This document shows, piece after piece, positions 29,846 through 39,415 of a stretch of 64,000 nucleotides of DNA. The DNA comes from Cyanobacteriota bacterium (lineage in GTDB: Bacteria; Cyanobacteriota; Cyanobacteriia; Thermostichales; Thermostichaceae). The notes beneath the pieces were generated by a model. It saw only the letters and a list, made by a program, of their open reading frames with translations, searched no databases and had not been told where the DNA came from. Within the stretch, counting starts at the first letter, position 1. Every line of letters begins with the position of its first letter. The stretch is from assembly GCA_033764955.1 (NCBI GenBank), contig JANRIL010000019.1:96001-160000 (forward strand). Direction: 5' to 3'. The position numbers and the translations under genes were made by a program.

Positions 29846-30994
29846 ATGGATTCTATTCCCCTTCTTGATCTCCGCCAGCAATACCAGGCGTTAGCCCCTG
29901 AGTTAGTTCCCCAGATTGAAGCCCTTTTGGCCTCTGGTTATTACATTGGTGGAACCGCCGTTCAACAGTTTGAGGAAGCGTTTGCTCAGTTTCTGGGATC
30001 CGGATCCCCAACCCCTCTAGAAGTGATTGGCTGCAACTCCGGTACCGATGCCCTCTATTTGGCGCTACGGGGTCTGGGCATTCAAGCAGGGGATGAGGTG
30101 TTAACCAGCGCCTTTAGTTTTTTTGCCTCGACGGGGGTGATTTCTCAGGTGGGAGCACGCCCTGTCTTTATCGATATCAACCCGCAAACCTTTAATCTGG
30201 ATCCGAGCCAGATTGCTCGCCACATTACCCCCCGCACCAAGGCGATCATTCCCGTGCATTTGTTTGGGCAGCCCCTCGATATGACGGCTGTGATGGCGAT
30301 TGCCCGCCAGCATCAATTAGCAGTGATTGAAGACTGCGCCCAAGCGGTGGGAGCCTGCTGGGCTGGTCAAACGGTGGGCACGTTTGGGGAGGTGGGCTGT
30401 TTTAGTTTCTTCCCCACCAAAAACTTGGGGGCGGCGGGAGATGCCGGAGCAATGGTCGTCCGGGATCCCCATCTTGCAAAAACTCTGCGGATCCTCAAAG
30501 ATCACGGCCAAAGCCAGCAATATCGCCATGAGGTGGTGGGCATCAACAGTCGTCTGGATGCGCTGCAAGCCGTCATTTTATCGGTCAAATTGCGCCATCT
30601 GCGGGAGTGGAATGGGCGACGCCGCAGTTTAGCCGACAGCTATACCCACCTGCTGCATGGGATCCCTGATCTCCTTCTCCCCAGCGCCATTGTAGGGGGA
30701 AATAGCGTCTGGCATCAGTACACGGTACGCATTTTGGGGGATCCGACTCGGCGGCGGGATCGGGTACGCGACTATCTACAACGCATCGGCATCAGCAGTC
30801 GCATTTATTATCCGGTTCCTCTGCACTTACAGGCGGTTTATCACCCCTTGGGCTATCAAGTGGGGGACTATCCAGAAGCGGAAAGGACAGCTCAGCAAGT
30901 GTTGTCATTGCCCTTTTTCCCAGAGCTAACCTTGGCTCAGCAAAAACGGGTGGCTAGTGGGTTAGCCAGCGCGATGCAAGCGACTACCACCTAG
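29846..30994 (+). CDS. DegT/DnrJ/EryC1/StrS family sugar aminotransferase
   Basis: NSGTDALYLAL, IIPVHLFGQ, IEDCAQA, FSFFPTKNLGAAGDAG, NSRLDALQA. Confidence 0.93.
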   Translation: MDSIPLLDLRQQYQALAPELVPQIEALLASGYYIGGTAVQQFEEAFAQFLGSGSPTPLEVIGCNSGTDALYLALRGLGIQAGDEVLTSAFSFFASTGVISQVGARPVFIDINPQTFNLDPSQIARHITPRTKAIIPVHLFGQPLDMTAVMAIARQHQLAVIEDCAQAVGACWAGQTVGTFGEVGCFSFFPTKNLGAAGDAGAMVVRDPHLAKTLRILKDHGQSQQYRHEVVGINSRLDALQAVILSVKLRHLREWNGRRRSLADSYTHLLHGIPDLLLPSAIVGGNSVWHQYTVRILGDPTRRRDRVRDYLQRIGISSRIYYPVPLHLQAVYHPLGYQVGDYPEAERTAQQVLSLPFFPELTLAQQKRVASGLASAMQATTT

Positions 30995-31001
30995 CTTGTC
31001 T

Positions 31002-31098
31002 GCCTAACGCCCTGCCGCTCAGCCGCGAGCGGCGGGCGCGGCTGAGAGAAGGAGTCTAATGCAACTCGCCGCTTGTCGGCTGCAGCGGCTGGTTAGGC
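31002..31098 (-). other. Solitary attC-like site (97 bp)
   Basis: Minus strand: R'' GCCTAAC - CAGCC - L'' GCTGCAGC - CGAC AAGCGGCG ... CGCCGCTCG CG - L' GCTGAGC - GGCAGGGC - R' GTTAGGC. Two extrahelical bases; outer 9-bp perfect inverted repeat CTGCCTAAC/GTTAGGCAG. Confidence 0.78.
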
Positions 31099-31387
31099 AG
31101 GGCGAGGCTACAGACTAAGCTCGACCCGCAGGGCTACACCGAAGGCTATATTGATGCCACTATTTGTGACATTTTCTCTGCGTTTTGCCACAAAACCCCC
31201 TTTCTGAAAAATCGGGGGTGGTAGCTGAGCGGTGGTTTTGTTATCCTGTCGCTAACACTTGCTCATCGTGCCCTCAAACCCTCACCTTGAGAGGCATACA
31301 GCAAATTTCATCAGCGTTGGGTAGAGTGTCTTCCCCCGTTGATTGTGCGTTAAATGGCAGGCAATTTCAGGCTTGGAGAAAAGCGCC

Positions 31388-32149
31388 ATGTTTACCCTCA
31401 TCTGGACAAAAAAGTATTCCCGAATGACCGAGCGGCTGAAAAGCTTGGAGGCAACCCGTGAAGAGCATGTTTTTTCTCCCGATCTGAGTGCCCAGACTTT
31501 AGAAGTGGCTCCTGACTTTTGGCAACGCCAGCAGCAAGCCTTCAGCTATGTCAATCAGCAGATTCAAAAGGTCAATCGCCGTACCCGTGTCTGGGGGACG
31601 ATGGCGCTTATGGCTATCTTGGCGGATGCCACCCTATTTGTCGGGGGGTTGATGGCCTTTCAAGCTTTTCAACAATATCAAGCGAATAACTCCCTGCAAC
31701 GGTTAGCCCAGGGGGACAAAGCCACCGATCCCATTCAAAAAACGATTGATGAAATTTTTGAGCAGCTCCCTCACATGGATCCCACTCAGCGGATTCAGGC
31801 TCTGCAACAACTGGAGCTACTCACTCAGGCTAGTCAATATTCCGACATTCCCACTTACGGATCCTCGGTATTCACGACAGGGGCGGTGGCACTCTCTCCC
31901 TTAGAGATGCAGCTCCAGGCGATTAGTCAATTGGGGGATCGACGCACCCTAGAAGCCGTTCCCGCCCTCCTGACCAAGCTAAGCGATGGAGAGGCTAATA
32001 TTCGGGCGGCGGCGGCGCAAGCCCTTGGCAATATCGGGGATCTGCGGGCACTGCAAAGCCTACATCAGCGTCTCTTGAATGAAAAGAATGAAATGGTCAG
32101 GCAGTCTTTGATCTATGCCGCAGCTCAGTTAAAAATGAATGGGTCATAG
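31388..32149 (+). CDS. Membrane-anchored HEAT-repeat protein
   Basis: One TM (VWGTMALMAILADATLFVGGLMAF); C-terminal HEAT/PBS-like repeats (AVPALLTKLSDGEANIRAAAAQALGNIGD). Start is 31388 or 31424. Confidence 0.75.
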   Translation: MFTLIWTKKYSRMTERLKSLEATREEHVFSPDLSAQTLEVAPDFWQRQQQAFSYVNQQIQKVNRRTRVWGTMALMAILADATLFVGGLMAFQAFQQYQANNSLQRLAQGDKATDPIQKTIDEIFEQLPHMDPTQRIQALQQLELLTQASQYSDIPTYGSSVFTTGAVALSPLEMQLQAISQLGDRRTLEAVPALLTKLSDGEANIRAAAAQALGNIGDLRALQSLHQRLLNEKNEMVRQSLIYAAAQLKMNGS

Positions 32150-32206
32150 CGGTCAGTCTGACCTGCTCAGAAAGGTTGCACGATATTTGGGTGGTGGTGT
32201 TTGGTT

Positions 32207-33112
32207 ATGAAACGCAAGCAAGGATTATCCAGGGCATCCTGGCTTAGCCTATCTTTGATCGGGCTATTGTGGGGTTGGGGGGAGGTGAGTTGGGCTAAGG
32301 ATCCCTTCCGCACGGGGTCAGAGGCTCGTGAGATGAGCGCCGAAGTAGCGGCGGCGTTTGAAGAGTTTTTTTGTGCGGGCAACTATAGCGATAGTCGCGG
32401 CAAGCTGATGGCAGCCCAGCAGGCTTCCCCCGATGAACCCATGGTCTATGCTCTCTTGGCTGCCTTGGCCTATTTGGATGGGGACTACGAGGCATTAGCC
32501 CGCCTCTCTAGCGAAACCCGTCAGGTTGCCACCCGACTCAAAAGTACGGATCCCTTGCGGGGCAATCTTTATGAGGGGGTGGGGTATGGTCTGGAGGCTG
32601 CTAATGTGGTGATTCAAGATGGGGTAGTGTTGGGGCTACCGAAGGCGTTGCCCACCCTTAATCAGTTGTTTGGCTCGATTCGTGCCGCGCAAGCTGTGGA
32701 TGCTGAGGATCCCGAACTGAACCTGATCAATGGGTATATGGATCTTCTACTCACCTATCGGGATAAAGCCCTCACGCAGTTTCAAAAGTCTGCTCCTGAA
32801 TATATGGCCTATCGGGGTCAAGCCCTCGCCTACCGTGATTTAGAAAAATATCCCGAAGCTCTGGCGGCGGTCGATCAGGCTATCGCTGCCTCCTGTGAGA
32901 ATCCTGAACTGTATTATCTGAAGGCGCAAATTTTGGTAACCCAGGGCCAAGATGCGGCGGCAGTGCCTCTGTTTGACCAAGCCCTAGCGGGATCCCAACA
33001 ACTCCCCCAGCCCTTGACCATTCAAATTCAACTGGAGCGGGATCGAGCTGCCCAACGCAGTGCCGAAACCACTGGATCCCTGCCTCCTCCCACCCCGACA
33101 CCTTCTCCTTAG
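32207..33112 (+). CDS. Sll0314/Alr1548-family TPR protein
   Basis: Signal peptide followed by AKDPFR; DPLRGNLY, DPELNLINGYMDLLL, NPELYYLKAQIL. Confidence 0.82.
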   Translation: MKRKQGLSRASWLSLSLIGLLWGWGEVSWAKDPFRTGSEAREMSAEVAAAFEEFFCAGNYSDSRGKLMAAQQASPDEPMVYALLAALAYLDGDYEALARLSSETRQVATRLKSTDPLRGNLYEGVGYGLEAANVVIQDGVVLGLPKALPTLNQLFGSIRAAQAVDAEDPELNLINGYMDLLLTYRDKALTQFQKSAPEYMAYRGQALAYRDLEKYPEALAAVDQAIAASCENPELYYLKAQILVTQGQDAAAVPLFDQALAGSQQLPQPLTIQIQLERDRAAQRSAETTGSLPPPTPTPSP

Positions 33113-33120
33113 CCCTGAAT

Positions 33121-33567
33121 TTATCCGCGAGCCGCTAGCACCTGCAAATCTTCCTCATCCAACTCAACGGGAGTACCGCTGCGAATTAACTCAGCAAAAT
33201 CTTCGTTGGGGATCATAATACAGAGAGCATACAAGCGGCCTGCCCCCGTATTTTGGATCTCATGGATGCCTGTGGCAGGAACCAACAAGCTATCTCCTGC
33301 TCGAATAGGAACGGCTTTCCCATCACAAATAGCGATCCCTTCCCCCTTTAGCACGAAAAACATCTCAACAGCCAACTGATGCCGATTGGGAGGAGTTTTT
33401 CCCCCTTCGTCGAAGATCTCAACGCAAAAAGTCAGGGAAACATTGGCACTGGTTTGATCAAAGACAATCGCCAGACGGTTGCTGTCATGGGGGCTAATGC
33501 GAAAGGCTTGATAATCTTTGGGGGATTTGAGGAGGGGAATCACACAGCGGGTGGCAGTTTCCATCAT
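33121..33567 (-). CDS. Cupin domain protein
   Basis: TPPNRH...EMFFVLKGEG and GDSLLVPATGIHEIQNTG cupin motifs. Confidence 0.85.
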   Translation of the reverse strand: MMETATRCVIPLLKSPKDYQAFRISPHDSNRLAIVFDQTSANVSLTFCVEIFDEGGKTPPNRHQLAVEMFFVLKGEGIAICDGKAVPIRAGDSLLVPATGIHEIQNTGAGRLYALCIMIPNEDFAELIRSGTPVELDEEDLQVLAARG

Positions 33568-33641
33568 AGGGATCCTCGGTCAATAGTCATGGATTGGGCT
33601 ATGCGGTTCTATCCGGTCGGGTCGATGGGGGCTGGGTCTGG

Positions 33642-34448
33642 TTAAGCTAGGGCAGCCAATAAATCATCAGAGGTGGCAACAAACCCAAAGCATTGGTTGA
33701 CGTTGTAAAAAGTGGCCTTCAAACAGTAGTCGGGCGAGGTGGTGGCTGTGGCGTCGGAGAGCAAAATGCAGTCGTAGCCGAGAAAGTTGGCATCTTGTAG
33801 GGTGGCTATCACACATTGATCGGCATTCACCCCAGCAAAAAAGAGGCTGGTGCGTCCCAAGTTACGCAGGATACTGTCGAGGGGGGTATCCCAAAAACCG
33901 CTCATGCGATATTTATCCACAAAAAAATCACTGGCATCCGTTGCCAATTCCTCAACGATGGCTGCCGCCCAACTGCCTTTGGTAAGCACCGGAGCCTGCC
34001 GTTCCGGCAGCAGATCCCCCAAACCAATGCCTTGTCCGGTTGGGTTATAGACATGCAGCAATCCGGCACTGATGTTGAGTAAGTCCGGGCGGTTGCCCCA
34101 GTTCACCCAAATGATTGGTACCTGTTGCTGACGGAGGATGGGGAGCAGTTTTTGCAGAGGGGAAATGGGATCCCTGGCAGGGCTAACATCCACACCAATA
34201 CCCGCCAGCCAACCCTGGGGATGGCAGAAATCGTTTTGCATATCTATTACCAGGAGAGCCGCCTTGGCCAGATCCAACTTAAGGGTTTTGCTGCGGGTGG
34301 GCAGAAGCATCGGGCGGGGAGGAAGGGGGGGGCGCGTGATATCGGCTACCTCACCATTCACCCACCAGGCATTGGGATCCCGGCCTAGTTTTTGCAAGCT
34401 TAGTCCGTCAAAAACTGTCAGATTGAGGGGGCGAGAAGCTACGTTCAT
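33642..34448 (-). CDS. Cysteine hydrolase (isochorismatase/RutB-like family)
   Basis: LLVIDMQNDF, VDKYRMSGFWDT, AGVNADQCV (Asp-Lys-Cys triad). Confidence 0.88.
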   Translation of the reverse strand: MNVASRPLNLTVFDGLSLQKLGRDPNAWWVNGEVADITRPPLPPRPMLLPTRSKTLKLDLAKAALLVIDMQNDFCHPQGWLAGIGVDVSPARDPISPLQKLLPILRQQQVPIIWVNWGNRPDLLNISAGLLHVYNPTGQGIGLGDLLPERQAPVLTKGSWAAAIVEELATDASDFFVDKYRMSGFWDTPLDSILRNLGRTSLFFAGVNADQCVIATLQDANFLGYDCILLSDATATTSPDYCLKATFYNVNQCFGFVATSDDLLAALA

Positions 34449-34643
34449 AGGCTGCTAGGTTCGCAAGACAACCCACATCCTAATCTACGCTTTGCTGGCC
34501 GATGGGATAGCAAAACACAGATTGATGATTTTGCCAAAGAAGTTGGTAACGCAATCCCCACAACACCGTTTAGAATGGCCAGCAGGTTCTGGAACCCTCT
34601 CTCCTTGCCTGCGTCAGCACTAAATATGTGTTGTAGGTTCATT

Positions 34644-35285
34644 ATGACGAATTCTCCCTCTTGGCTAGGGCTATCTGCCTGGCGGACGATGGCTCCGCTA
34701 CTAGTTGGTATGCTGAGCGGATCCCTAGTTGCCTATGCTCCTGCCTGGGGGATCCCTGGGCAATCTACCGATGCCACTCTGGCCTGGATCCGAGAAAATC
34801 CTTATTTGCAAGCCAAGCCGAGCGATCAATACTCCGTCAACCGCACCGAGCCAGATGGATCGCGATTTACCTTTTTGGCTTCGGTAGCCCCCCCCGGACG
34901 GGTGATTGCTCCCGCCGATAAAGAGACGATTCGTTCAGAGCGCATGACCTTTTTTAGACCAAATGGGTTGGATGCCGAGCAACTCAATCAAGCTATCCGT
35001 GATTTGTATGGCCCCGAAATTGCGGCGGATTTAGATCAAGCGGTGGAGGTGGTTCGTTATCCCTCGCTGGACGTGCTCAATCAACCCCCCTCTGGTAATA
35101 ATCTGCAACAGGCGATTCAAGGGGTTATCCGCCAGGGACAACAGCTCACCTACTGGTTAGAACTCACTCAAAATCCCGATGGAACGGTGCAACAGGGTCA
35201 GGTGGTGGTTTTCGAGGCGGAGTGGCTGGACAAAGTGAAGGGGGAATTGGCCGCCCGCACCACTCTCACCGTCACTCAACCCTAA
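34644..35285 (+). CDS. Hypothetical exported protein
   Basis: Signal-peptide-like segment ending APAWG, then IPGQS...WIRENP.L; host-like codon usage. Start uncertain. Confidence 0.65.
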   Translation: MTNSPSWLGLSAWRTMAPLLVGMLSGSLVAYAPAWGIPGQSTDATLAWIRENPYLQAKPSDQYSVNRTEPDGSRFTFLASVAPPGRVIAPADKETIRSERMTFFRPNGLDAEQLNQAIRDLYGPEIAADLDQAVEVVRYPSLDVLNQPPSGNNLQQAIQGVIRQGQQLTYWLELTQNPDGTVQQGQVVVFEAEWLDKVKGELAARTTLTVTQP

Positions 35286-35371
35286 CCCTGGGCAACAGGC
35301 GCGCTCCCTAGGGATCCCCCTTGGTGGCGAGGATCCCACTGCTACCCTAAGCCGCGACCCCTAAGCCCGGA

Positions 35372-36070
35372 TTAGGCCAGATCAAACAGGAGAATTTCGC
35401 TGCCGACATCGCTGCTGATGCTCAGGGATCCCTCTTGAATCAGCGCCATCGCATCCCCCTCCCGCAGTTCCACCCCGTTCAAGCGGACAATCCCTTGCGC
35501 GACGTGCAGCCAGCCATAGCGTCGGTTGGCAAGCTGATAATCCAGTTGTTCCCCAGCCGCCAAGCGTCCGGCGTAAAGAGCGACATCCTGATGAATTGTG
35601 ACCACTCCCCCTTGTCCTTCGGGGGCGGCGATCAGTTTGAGTTGGCTGGGTTGATCCGCCCAGTCGATGGTTTTTTGTTCATAGCTGGGGGCTAGCCCTT
35701 CTTTTTCGGGCAAGATCCAGATCTGCAAAAGATGCACCGGATCGGAGGGAGAAGGGTTGAACTCGCTGTGCTGGATGCCTGTGCCCGCGCTCATCCGTTG
35801 AATTTCTCCGGGGCGGATGATCGAGCCATTCCCCAGACTGTCTTTATGTTCCAGGGATCCGGACAAAACATAGGTGACAATCTCCATGTCGCGGTGACTA
35901 TGGGTAGGAAAACCCGCTCCAGGGGCTACCCGGTCATCATTGATCACCCGCAAAGCCCGAAACCCCATGTGTTTGGGATCGTAATAGCTACCAAAGGAAA
36001 AGGTGTGATAGGTATTCAGCCAACCAAAGTCTAAATGGCCCCGATCATGTCGGCTGCGTAGCGTCATCAT
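35372..36070 (-). CDS. Pirin family protein
   Basis: GFPTHSHRDMEIVTYVLSGSLEHKDSLGN, MSAGTGIQHSEFN, LLQIWILP. Confidence 0.93.
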   Translation of the reverse strand: MMTLRSRHDRGHLDFGWLNTYHTFSFGSYYDPKHMGFRALRVINDDRVAPGAGFPTHSHRDMEIVTYVLSGSLEHKDSLGNGSIIRPGEIQRMSAGTGIQHSEFNPSPSDPVHLLQIWILPEKEGLAPSYEQKTIDWADQPSQLKLIAAPEGQGGVVTIHQDVALYAGRLAAGEQLDYQLANRRYGWLHVAQGIVRLNGVELREGDAMALIQEGSLSISSDVGSEILLFDLA

Positions 36071-36251
36071 AACCCGATCGATCCTCCTTAAGTTGATAAT
36101 CTTATCCTAGATTGTTTGAATTATGACTGTCAATGCCATCAGCAACCTCTGTGATTATCCACCCATCTAATGCCATTCCCAGGGATCCCTAAGTGGCTGG
36201 GCTTGGAGATGGTTAAACTAAGGCAACGGAGTCAAACGGAGAGAAACCCAA

Positions 36252-36944
36252 TTACGCCTGCACCTGGCTAATCTCCACAATTTCACCCGCCGCATCCCGC
36301 ACCCAAAAGGTGAGGGGTTTCTCAGAACGGACACTGTGGGTAATCCGTTGTTTAATCACATATTGCAACAACGCTTTGATGGTGTCGCGGTCATAGCTGG
36401 TATGACGGAAGCGGGAGGTAGGGGATCCGCTGGGGCGCGGGTAGGGGGATCCCACGGATCCCACCGATCCATAGGGGCTGCCTAAGCCACTGCTCATGCT
36501 AGAGACCACGCTGCTATTGGCACGGTCGTTATCGGGGGAACCTGGAATGACGTGAAGTTGGGCATTGTCCGAAAGTTGATACCACAGCCCTGGCGTATCG
36601 GGGGGAGCGGTCGTGACGCTGCGGGGGGAGGTATAGTCTATGCGCCGTCCTGACAAATCAGCCGGGAAGTAGGGAGCATCAAAAGAGGATCCCATCAAGC
36701 CCTGTTCATAACCGTAGTAGTATTGCAGGGGTAGCTCCGCCTCTGACATTTTGAGGTGCTCTTCATAAAACTTGCGGGCACGCTCCAGATCGGGCACCAT
36801 CACCGTATGCACCCGTGGCGCTCCACTGAGAAATGTCCACATCGCCCCCCCATAAGCCGAGAGCAATAAAAACATCAATCCTTTGGTGGAAAGCAAAACG
36901 CCAATGGGGATGAGAGGAAGCAGGATCGCAACAGGGGTGAGCAT
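36252..36944 (-). CDS. Glyoxalase-like (VOC) domain protein with N-terminal hydrophobic segment
   Basis: FLSGAPRVHTVMVPDLERARKFYE, GLWYQL...QLHVIPG, FWVRDAAGEIVEI. Confidence 0.7.
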   Translation of the reverse strand: MLTPVAILLPLIPIGVLLSTKGLMFLLLSAYGGAMWTFLSGAPRVHTVMVPDLERARKFYEEHLKMSEAELPLQYYYGYEQGLMGSSFDAPYFPADLSGRRIDYTSPRSVTTAPPDTPGLWYQLSDNAQLHVIPGSPDNDRANSSVVSSMSSGLGSPYGSVGSVGSPYPRPSGSPTSRFRHTSYDRDTIKALLQYVIKQRITHSVRSEKPLTFWVRDAAGEIVEISQVQA

Positions 36945-37050
36945 CGTTTCAGATTAGGAAAGCACCTTTCTTTATAGTTTGGCATACTCATTCCCTTTTG
37001 CTTGAGCTTTGACGTTGCTGACAACGTTGGGGTAATATAGCAACCTTTAG

Positions 37051-37647
37051 ATGGGGCATGGACGCGTGAGTGGGATTACGCTAGCATCTCAAACTCAAGC
37101 CGCTTGGATTGAACAGGCGGTGGGTCACATTGACATCATTTTGATAGATCATGCCAATTGTGAGAAAAAAGCAGCCGGAAATGCCCTCAGCTTACTGTTC
37201 CGTTATCCCGAATATCCCTCCTTAAACGCCGCTCTTTCTCCCCTAGCGCGTGAAGAGCTACAGCACTTTGAAAAGGTCAATCGCCATCTGGAACGCTTAG
37301 GGATCCCGATGAAACGGCTGACTCCTGCCCCTTATGCCAGTCAGTTAGCCAAACAGATGAAACGGCAGGAACCCGACTATTTGTTGGATTCGTTGCTAAC
37401 GGCAGCCGTGATTGAAGCCCGCAGTCATGAGCGCCTCAGTTTGTTAGGGATCCATTGCCTGGACGCCGAACTTCGAGATTTTTATGCCTGGTTGAGTGTT
37501 GCCGAAGAACGACACTTACGCTTATATCTTGACCTCGCCTTAGAATACTTTTCCGGTCAGCAGGTCGAGCAACGGCTAGCAGAATGGCTGACTTTTGAAG
37601 CAGGCATCTTAGAACATTTGTATTCTCAACCGCGTGTGCATAGCTGA
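37051..37647 (+). CDS. miaE: tRNA-(ms2io6A) hydroxylase
   Basis: LIDHANCEKKAA, LAREELQHF, IEARSHER, AEERH di-iron motifs. Confidence 0.9.
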   Translation: MGHGRVSGITLASQTQAAWIEQAVGHIDIILIDHANCEKKAAGNALSLLFRYPEYPSLNAALSPLAREELQHFEKVNRHLERLGIPMKRLTPAPYASQLAKQMKRQEPDYLLDSLLTAAVIEARSHERLSLLGIHCLDAELRDFYAWLSVAEERHLRLYLDLALEYFSGQQVEQRLAEWLTFEAGILEHLYSQPRVHS

Positions 37648-37726
37648 ATAGCTAAATAAAACACCAGACAAAAAACCTAGCTTGCCATCAACCGTCCTTA
37701 CTTTTATTTTCAGATCCCAATAGCTT

Positions 37727-38902
37727 ATGGCTGATCACTTAACCCGTATGCAGGCTGTCCAGTCCCCCATTATCCCGATTGTGGCCGATTTAATTCGCCA
37801 ACATCCCGGCACTATTTCCCTCGGACAAGGAATTGCCTATTATGGTCCGCCACCACAAGCCCTTGAGCAGATCCAAGCCTTTCTTGAAGATCCCACTAAT
37901 CATCAATACAAAGCTGTACAGGGGATCCCGAATTTAATCACAGCCATCGAGAAAAAGCTAATTACCGATAATCAAATTTTCATTGAACCTGATCGCAACT
38001 GTATTGTGGTGACTGCGGGTAGCAATATGGCATTTACCAATGCGGTATTGGCGATTACACAGACAGGCGACGAAATCATCTTACAAAGCCCTTACTATTT
38101 CAATCATGAAATGGCGATTGTCATGGCGGATTGCCAGCCTGTGATTGTACCCACCAATGCCAACTATCAACTGCAAATAGAGGTGATGGCGGCGGCTATA
38201 ACCCCACGGACCAAAGCCATCGTAACAATCTCCCCTAATAACCCCAGCGGAGCTATTTATCCTGAGGCAGACCTACGGGCGGTCAATCAACTCTGTCAAG
38301 CCCACGGGATTTATCACATTCACGATCAGACCTACGAATACTTCACTTATGACGGGATCCCTTCTTTTTCTCCTGCTTCTATTCTTGGTAGCAGCGATTA
38401 CACCATTTCCTTATTTTCGTTTTCCAAAGCGTATGGGTTAGCAGGATGGCGGGTGGGATATATGGTGATTCCTGCCGCCCTATTCTTTTCCGTCCTCAAA
38501 ATTCAAGATACCGTTCTAATTTGTCCCCCCATTATTTCTCAATATGCGGCGTTGGGAGCGCTGCAAGCAGGAGCTAACTATTGTCTAGAAAAATGCCAGA
38601 TGATCCAACAGGTGCGGCAGATCGCTTTAGAGTCTCTCAGCGATTTGGGGGAGTGGTGCCGGATCCCGGCGGCAGCGGGAGCTTTTTATTTTCTCTTGCA
38701 AATCGACACCCCGCAAAAGACAATGACGGTGGTAGAACGCTTAATTCGGGAGCATGGCGTAGCCGTTATTCCCGGTACCACCTTTGGCATGGATTACGGC
38801 TGCTATCTGCGGGTCGCCTACGGTGCCTTGCAAAGAGAAACAGCCGCCACAGGAATCGGACGGCTGGTTAAGGGGCTAAAAGCGGTGGTCAAAGGATCCT
38901 AG
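37727..38902 (+). CDS. Class I/II PLP-dependent aminotransferase
   Basis: ISLGQG, SPNNPSG, HDQTYEYF, SFSKAYGLAGWRVGY, YLRVAYG. Confidence 0.9.
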   Translation: MADHLTRMQAVQSPIIPIVADLIRQHPGTISLGQGIAYYGPPPQALEQIQAFLEDPTNHQYKAVQGIPNLITAIEKKLITDNQIFIEPDRNCIVVTAGSNMAFTNAVLAITQTGDEIILQSPYYFNHEMAIVMADCQPVIVPTNANYQLQIEVMAAAITPRTKAIVTISPNNPSGAIYPEADLRAVNQLCQAHGIYHIHDQTYEYFTYDGIPSFSPASILGSSDYTISLFSFSKAYGLAGWRVGYMVIPAALFFSVLKIQDTVLICPPIISQYAALGALQAGANYCLEKCQMIQQVRQIALESLSDLGEWCRIPAAAGAFYFLLQIDTPQKTMTVVERLIREHGVAVIPGTTFGMDYGCYLRVAYGALQRETAATGIGRLVKGLKAVVKGS

Positions 38903-38914
38903 AGCAAGACCCCA

Positions 38915-39415
38915 TTACCCTTGCAAATGGGCTTCGATGAACCACATATCTTTGTCGATCTGGCGAGAAATTTCGGTATAAAGGTCGGCGGTATCCGCAT
39001 CCCCCAAGCCACCCGACCGATCAATAGCACTGCGAACTTGGCTGGCATACTGTCCGTAGCGGCTGAGCAACGCTTCCAGATGCTCTTTCCCTTCCACGGC
39101 GGCCAGATTGTATTCCGGTAGGGTGGAATTGTTGGCCGCGATGCGGGTTGTGCCCATTGCTACACCGCCCAGAGCCGTCACCCGCTCCGCAATCATATCC
39201 ACAAACTCTTCTAGGGTCGTGGCAAATTTGTCAAACATCTCGTGCAGAGCAATAAAGTTTATCCCTTTCACGTTCCAGTGGGCTTGTTTGACCTGGGTCT
39301 TGAGATCCAAAGTGTCTGCTAAAGATTGATTCAAAAGCTTAATCAATTGGCTCCGCACCTCCTCATCAAGATCAATATGGCTGGCGTAGAGGCGTGTTTT
39401 TTCGGTGGTTAGCAT
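38915..39415 (-). CDS. dps: DNA starvation/stationary phase protection protein Dps
   Basis: KQAHWNVKGINFIALHEMFD, DMIAERVTALGG, DADTADL, DKDMWFIEAHLQ. Confidence 0.93.
   Translation of the reverse strand: MLTTEKTRLYASHIDLDEEVRSQLIKLLNQSLADTLDLKTQVKQAHWNVKGINFIALHEMFDKFATTLEEFVDMIAERVTALGGVAMGTTRIAANNSTLPEYNLAAVEGKEHLEALLSRYGQYASQVRSAIDRSGGLGDADTADLYTEISRQIDKDMWFIEAHLQG

Noticed and set aside
31247..31322. CGCTAAC...hairpin...GTTGGGT as a possible third attC or cassette start
   Set aside because: Only a short central stem; the R boxes are not complementary and do not match the neighbouring R''.
36096..36109. GATAATCTTATC Fur-like palindrome upstream of pirin
   Set aside because: One base short of the Fur 7-1-7 geometry; could be an operator, but I cannot support it.
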